Assembly: GCA_949878745.1 (NCBI GenBank)
Contig: CATLBH010000007.1
Coordinates: forward strand, 276-64,275
Direction of reading: 5' to 3'
Origin: an uncultured Ruminiclostridium sp.
GTDB taxonomy: Bacteria > Bacillota > Clostridia > Oscillospirales > Ruminococcaceae
DNA: 64,000 bases
The position numbers were made by a program, and so were the translations under genes. A model generated the notes under the pieces. It was not told where the DNA came from, made no database searches, and saw only the letters and a list, made by a program, of their open reading frames with translations. Below are positions 57,706 through 64,000 of this stretch, piece after piece; position 1 is the stretch's first letter, and every line of letters starts with the position of its first letter.

Positions 57706-60494
57706 CCGAAGAGGTAACGGTTATTATGACGCAGGAAAAGCGCCCGGATATCGTTATTTACCTGAACGGTATCGCTGTGGCAGTTATTGAACTGAAAAAG
57801 AGCAGTGTTTCTGTCTCTGCCGGAATCCGTCAGAATCTCACCAACCAGAAGGATGGCTTTATTCAGCCGTTTTTCTCCACGGTGCAGTTCTGCATGGCGG
57901 GCAACGAAACCGAAGGTCTGCGCTACGGCACTCTACTGACAAAGGAAAAGTTCTATCTGGAATGGAAAACCGACGGGTTCCACGACCATGAGGACGAGCG
58001 TTGTGATACAGACATCCGCATTGATGAGGAATGCACCAAGTTCGGCAACAAGCTCCTGAGCCAGCTTTATTCCATGTTTGATAAAGAGCGCTTTATCGAC
58101 CTGATTGAGAACTTCATCGTCTTTGACAAAGGTATCAAAAAGGTCTGCCGTTATAACCAGTACTATGGCATCAAGCGTGCGCAGATGCGGCTTGCAAAGG
58201 ATAAGAGCGGCATCATCTGGCATACACAGGGCAGCGGCAAAACTCTGACTATGGTATGGCTTTCCAAGTGGCTGCTGGCTCACGGCTATGGCGAAAATCC
58301 CCGTGTGCTGATCGTTACCGACCGTGACGAGTTGGACGAGCAAATAGAAAAGACCTTCAAAGGCGTTGATGAGAACATCGCCAGAACGACCAGCGGTCAG
58401 GACCTGATTGACCGTCTGAATGTGTATGACGACTCCCTGATGTGCTCACTCGTTCATAAATTTGGCAAACGAGGCGGTGAAGCGTCCGAGGCTGATTACG
58501 ATAAATTCATCGAAGAAATCATGAAGAGCTTGCCGGAGGGCTTTGAAGCCAAAGGTAAGCTGTATGTATTCGTTGATGAATGCCACAGAACACAATCCGG
58601 TAAACTGCACGGTGCAATGAAAGCAATTATGCCGAAAGCTACCTTTGTTGGCTTTACTGGTACGCCGCTTTTGAAGAAGGATAAGAAAACCAGCATTGAG
58701 GTGTTTGGTCCTTATATCCACGCTTATAAGTATGACGAAGCTGTCCGGGACGGTGTTGTTCTTGACCTTCGCTATGAATACCGGGATATTCCGCAGGATC
58801 TTTCTTCTCAGGACAAGGTCGATTTGTGGTTTGATACCAAGACCAGAGGGCTGTCGCCTCGTGCAAAGGCCAAGCTCAAAGAGAAATGGGCTACCATGCA
58901 AAAAGTTTACAGCTCCCGCTCCCGTCTGGAGAAAATTGCCTGGGATATTATCGAGGACTTTGATCTGAAGCCTCGCCTTATGGACGGTAATGGAAATGGC
59001 ATTCTCGTTGCTGACTCCATTTATTCCGCATGCAAGTATTATGAGATTTTCCAGAGCAAGGGATTCAAGAAATGCGCTATCATCTCTTCCTACACGCCTA
59101 GCGTGGGTGATTTGCGTACCGATACCGTCAGCGATGAAGATGATACTGAAACCTTTGAAAAATATGAGATTTATCTGAAAATGCTAGGACTTGACCCGGA
59201 TAATCTCCCAGAAAAAATCTCTATCCAAAAGCGAGTCGCGGACTTTGAGGAAGAAGCAAAACGCAAATTTGTTGATGAACCCGCAAACATGAAGCTGCTT
59301 ATTGTTGTCGATAAGCTCTTGACCGGATTTGATGCACCTCCTTGCACCTATCTTTATATCGATAAGAGCATGCAGGACCATGGTTTGTTCCAAGCCATAT
59401 GCCGTGTTAACCGTTTGGACAACGACAGCGACAATAAGGACTTCGGGTTTATTGTTGACTACAAGCAACTCTTTGGTGATTTGAAGTTTGCTATGGATAC
59501 TTATACTTCCGGTGCCTTTTCTGGTTACGATGAAGAAGATGTTGCCGGTCTCATTAAAGATCGCAGTAAGGATTCTATTGCCTACTTCAAAGAAACGTAT
59601 GACGAATTGGAAGAATTGTGTGAAGGTGTAGAGGATCCGCGTGAAGACCTTCAATATCTGCATTACTTCTGCGGAGAATCCAGGGCTGACGAGGAAACAC
59701 AAGAAATCTATGCCCGTATGCGTGAAAAGCTCTACCGTCTTGTTAGTAGACTGGTCCGTGCATTTGCAGAAGCAAAACCATATCTTACCGAAGGCTGTAC
59801 TTCTGCGGAAATCAGCGCCTACGAGGATAAGGTGCATTTCTATATCGAACTAAAGCAGGCCATCGGGAATGATAGTGGAGATTTTCTTGATTTCAAGGCA
59901 TATGAACCGGATATGCGCAAACTCATCGACAACTACATATCTGCATCTGAGAGCATAAAAATCGGTGACTTTGATAATCTGACCCTGCTTGACTTTGTTA
60001 AGAACAAAGGCGAAACTCTCGAAAGAGATAATGATACACCGAAGAGTGCCAAGGATGGTGCGGCTGAAGCAATTGAAAATAACATCCGTCGTAAGGTAGT
60101 CGAGAAGGTAACGGTAAATCCGAAATACTATGAAAAGATGTCTGCTATTCTTGACAAACTCATCGAGCAAAGGCAACAAGGCGTTATTGAATACAAAGAG
60201 TTGTTGGCACACTATATTAAGCTCGCTAAAGATGTGGAGCATCCGGAAGAGAATGAAACCTACCCGAAGAGCATTCGTGGCAGTAAGGCACTTCAGGCAC
60301 TATACGACAATGCTTATGAAGATGAGGTACTCGCTATCAAAATTCATAAAGCTGTTCTCAAGAGCAAGTTGAACGGATTCAGAGGCGACTCTGTAAAAGA
60401 GAATAAAATCAAGCGTGAGCTTTTCCGCGTTCTAAAGGATGATACGGAAGTTGAGCGCATTTATAAAATAATTGAAAAGCAGGGGGAGTATTGA
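57690..60494 (+). pseudogene. hsdR: Type I restriction subunit HsdR, 5'-truncated, no hsdM/hsdS
   Basis: NHFAIAEEVTV upstream of the called ATG; RPDIV..NGIAVAVIELK, HTQGSGKT, VDECHR, GFTGTP, KLLTGFDAP, QAICRVNR. Confidence 0.85.
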
Positions 60495-61927
60495 TGCAAA
60501 TAGTTATATCTGGTATCCCGATTGATATTCAAAAAAAGAATATCAAGAATATGCATTTGTACGTCAAGCCCCCGGATGGGCACGTTATTATCTCGGCGCC
60601 TGTGACTATGGATGACAAGGCAATTGAGGTATATGCCCGTACAAATCTCAGCTGGGTAAAAAAACAGATTAAAAGATTTCAAGAGCAGCCGCGCAGCAGC
60701 AAAAGACAGTATGTTTCCGGTGAAACGCTTTATGTCTGGGGAAAGCAGTATTTTATAAAGTTTGTTCCAGACAACAAAAAGAACAGTTTTACCCTGCAGG
60801 GAGATCAGGCCATCCTTTCCATGAGCGCAGAAAGCACAGTAAAGCAGCGAGAGAATTTTATGCGCGAGCAGTTCCGCACTGTGCTCAAGCAGGAAATCGA
60901 GCATCGGCTGCCAAAGTGGGAACATATTACAGATCTGCACTGTGAAGAATGGCAAACAAAATACATGGTTACCCGCTGGGGAACATGCAACACCGAAAAG
61001 AAAAAGCTGTGGTTTAACCTGCAACTTGCGCAGAAGCCAATCGAATGCTTGGATTTTGTTAGTTCAATACGCTTTGGTAATTGGTTTAGTGTTGCAAGAA
61101 AATTTGTTCCAGAAACTTCAGTGTTTGAATTGACCATTCCATATAGGAGCGATGACGATAATCTTAAATTGCTCTGGGAGCGGGTCAGAAACATGGATGA
61201 TACCATCCTGGAACTGATTGCCCGGCAGGGGTATTCCATCACGCTAGATGCGTCCATTTTCGACAATGCAGAGGACGATGAAATTATTCTATGCTTGAAT
61301 TATGATGGGCTGTACGGCATAAACAACATCAATCGTTTCCTTCAAGAAAGCAATCCCAATGACGCAGTTAAATGGGGAATCCAACAGTACAAAATCGGTG
61401 ACCCGATTTTATTCAATGAATCTGACAGATTCGCACCAGTCATTTACAATAATATGAAGGGAAAAATTGTCGGGATAGAAGTTGTTAATCCTGATAATGT
61501 TGCCGGTTACATTCAGTTTGATATAGAACTCACCAAAGTCATAAACGGTATGGATGCTTTGATGCAAGATTTTGAATTATTGGAAAATTCGCAGCGCGGA
61601 AATTCCGTAATTCGCTTCAAAGTATACAAAACAAGAAACACAGATGAAGATGACGAAAGAAGCTCAAGAGCCATTGTGCCGTTCCAAGTAGCATATGCGG
61701 TATCAATCCACAAAGCACAAGGACTGGAGTTTCGGTCTGTCAAAATTGTCATTACTGACGAGGTGGATGAGCTTATTACACATAATATTTTCTACACGGC
61801 GATAACAAGGGCTCAGAGCAGACTAAGAATTTATTGGACGCCGGAAGTGGAAAATAAAGTTCTCACGCGAATCAAGCCGAGAAGCATAAACAAAGATGTT
61901 GGTTTGCTAAGGCAGTACATTCGATAA
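60491..61927 (+). pseudogene. Chimera: M48/YgjP (DUF45) N-terminus fused in frame to a RecD/UvrD-like helicase C-terminus
   Basis: IKNMHL.V.PP, TRWGTCN, PIECLD, then no HExxH; C-terminal half has YAVSIHKAQGLEF and YTAITRA. Confidence 0.72.
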
Positions 61928-62038
61928 CACGAGAGATAGCTTATGCCAAGAAATACAACAATACGGTTGTTCCTTGTGGTGTCAGATGCGTACCACCATC
62001 TAAAGTACCAAAACGGTAGTCGAGATACAGGAGGACAA

Positions 62039-62836
62039 ATGTCAGACCTATTTAATGAAGAAGAAATAACCATGGACAAGCTCAGAGATTACTTCAAAAA
62101 CAATGACTTCTCTACCCTGCCCATAAAAGACCCATCCGAATATAATGAGAAAGAGCTTAAGCTCTACAGCAGGGTGCTGAAACTTGTAAACGCAGAGTGG
62201 AAAACCATAGCCAAATCATTAGGATTAACGCACCCGCAGGACTGCTACTCAAAAGACTATCCTCCTGAACTTATCAGAGATCGGGCTCAGCGTATCATTG
62301 CGGATAATGTTGTTAGACTCTGCAGCAATAAAAGAACGTTTTGGAATATGCTTTGGCACTTTATCGTCCCGATGTTCCTGAAAAGGAAAAATAGCGATGA
62401 AGCGCTACACAATACTACGAACGCGCTTATGCAGACATTGGACATTGAGGGCTTATCGAAATCTGCGAAAGAGTTTTCGTGTGACGAGGACTTCAATCCG
62501 AATAAATCCATAAATTATCCTCGTATGGATCATATCAAAAAATGGAAGCATACCCGCGCAAAAGTGAAGGTCGAATCATTGGATGAAATATCAGTGCGTT
62601 CTCCGAATGGCGAACCGCCGCAGATTCCCGACAAAACAAATGTCGAAACTGCGGCGGACATACATATTCTTATCGAAAATTTGATCAACAGCGCCACCGA
62701 ACAGGAGCGCGAGATCATCAGCCTACTGTCCGAGGGGTACAACCAAACCGAAATAGCAAAGCGGCTTGGCATTTCCCAAAGCACGGTCTCGCGCAAGGTC
62801 AAAAAATTCAAAAGCTTCTTATCAGCCGGCGTATGA
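62039..62836 (+). CDS. sigma70-r4-like HTH protein, copy 3
   Basis: Near-identical to copies 1 and 2; MSDLF start after GGAGG. Confidence 0.75.
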   Translation: MSDLFNEEEITMDKLRDYFKNNDFSTLPIKDPSEYNEKELKLYSRVLKLVNAEWKTIAKSLGLTHPQDCYSKDYPPELIRDRAQRIIADNVVRLCSNKRTFWNMLWHFIVPMFLKRKNSDEALHNTTNALMQTLDIEGLSKSAKEFSCDEDFNPNKSINYPRMDHIKKWKHTRAKVKVESLDEISVRSPNGEPPQIPDKTNVETAADIHILIENLINSATEQEREIISLLSEGYNQTEIAKRLGISQSTVSRKVKKFKSFLSAGV

Positions 62837-62862
62837 CTTCTCGTCGGCTGATTTCCTGTTTT

Positions 62863-64000
62863 TTACAGCCTATCGCTCAAGAGAAAGTCCGACAAATGCA
62901 CGAGCCTTACGCCGTTGACATTGCCACCCGCAAGCTCATCGAGTGTCACCACATACTTCGGGTAATGGTCTTTTATATCAAGAAGATTTCCTATTTCACG
63001 ATCCGAGTCCTCGGGAAGATTGCGGCACACCTGAACATACACACGCTCATCGCGCCGCACCGCAACGAAATCGATCTCCCGTGTGTTGAGCTTTCCAATA
63101 TATACCTCATACCCTCACCTCAGCAGCTCAAAATAAACTATATTCTCAAGCATTGAAGCAATTGACTTTGGGTTAAATCCCATTATGCAATATTTCAGCG
63201 ACGCGTCCGCGAGGTAGAACTTCTCCTGCGTTTTCAAAACGGACTTTCCTTGCAGATCATAACGCTGACAGCGGTAAATCACAAAAGCCTTTTCCAGCCA
63301 TTCAAGATAATTGTAAACCGCCTCGACCGAAAGTGAGCGTCCCTCTCCTTTCAAAAACTTAACGATAGCGTTTGCGGAAAACGACTTCCCGACATTCTCA
63401 ACAATATACTTTACCACACGATTGAACAGATCAATATTTGTTACACTGTGCCGCCTTGAAATATCGTTTGTGATTACGGAAGTATAAATTCCCTCCACTA
63501 TCTGATACGCTGAACGGTCGTCAAAATTTCCGAGCGCGACGATCGGGAACCCGCCCGTCCGAATATATTCGTTCAGAAGTTCTTTTTCGGAACCCCCGCT
63601 TGACTTTTTGAAATCAAGATATTCGGCAAAGGAAAGCGTGAACACGGGTATCGAAATATATCTTCCGGTCAGATATGTTGAGATCTCGCTTGACATCAGC
63701 TTTGAATTCGACCCGGTAACATAAATATCGGTATTCTCGTTTTCGAGCAGACTGTTTACCGCTTTTTCCTAGCCGTCGATCTCCTGAACCTCATCAAGCA
63801 AAATATAATACCTGTCTCCGTCGGTCATTTTCTCCATGATGGCATCGTGCATACCTCTGTCGGTCATGTCCTCGTCTATATACTCGGAGGTATACCGTTC
63901 AAATATTATGTGATCTTCGGGAATGCCGCTGCTTCTCAAATCGTCGCGAAGCATTTCCAAAATCGTCGACTTTCCGCAGCGGCGGACGCCCGCCAATATC
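62863..64000 (-). pseudogene. AAA_14/DUF4143 ATPase copy 3 with two in-frame stops (5' end outside the window)
   Basis: TGG>TAG at 63769-63771 and CGA>TGA at 63115-63117 relative to copy 1. Confidence 0.85.

Larger units (their letters stand above)
35937..64000. mobile_element. tRNA-Thr-anchored defence island / accretion of truncated elements (right end outside the window)
   Basis: Starts directly after the tRNA; R-M and DISARM genes; repeated modules; visibly different base and codon usage; no integrase in the window. Confidence 0.75.

Noticed and set aside
54020-61060. Shared recombination motif (ATAC) at the fusion junctions
   Set aside because: It is present at two junctions only and is too short to be significant without the parent sequences.
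122-63156. Numerous overlapping antisense or alternate-frame ORFs in the track (e.g. 655-1215, 30195-30746, 33238-33807, 59184-59837, 50784-51107, 62833-63156)
   Set aside because: They are shadows of well-supported genes on the other strand or frame and have no motifs. Their recurrence in the repeated modules simply follows the DNA repeat.

Overview
Bacterial chromosome segment, most likely from a Clostridia/Oscillospiraceae-like Firmicute. The taxon is inferred from the Gram-positive-type pilus genes, the CIRCE element and sigmaA promoters. (1) 1-13 kb: type IV pilus locus (pilT, pilB, pilD, three prepilins, pilO-like, pilM/N fusion, pilC), interrupted by a Fic gene and a DinJ/YafQ toxin-antitoxin pair. 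(2) 13-35.4 kb: housekeeping and membrane genes, including lysC, a G5/3D cell-wall protein and htpG with CIRCE. Several genes here have unusual motif losses or insertions: a P-type ATPase lacking its phospho-Asp, a DUF368 protein with a CBM-like insert, and a SipW-like protein lacking catalytic residues. (3) 35.5-35.9 kb: two 183-bp units, each a tRNA-Thr 5' two-thirds plus a conserved ~130-nt tail, followed by a complete tRNA-Thr(CGT). (4) 35.94 kb to the window end: a defence island. It opens with a 7-gene operon: m5C MTase, SNF2 helicase, type III mod-res and DISARM drmABC. Then come three tandem, truncated copies of a module (sigma70-r4-like HTH, AAA_14/DUF4143 ATPase, AAA_25 N-terminus), separated by different gene fragments joined mid-gene. 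No integrase or CRISPR array is visible. Family names come from motif recognition by eye, not database searches.
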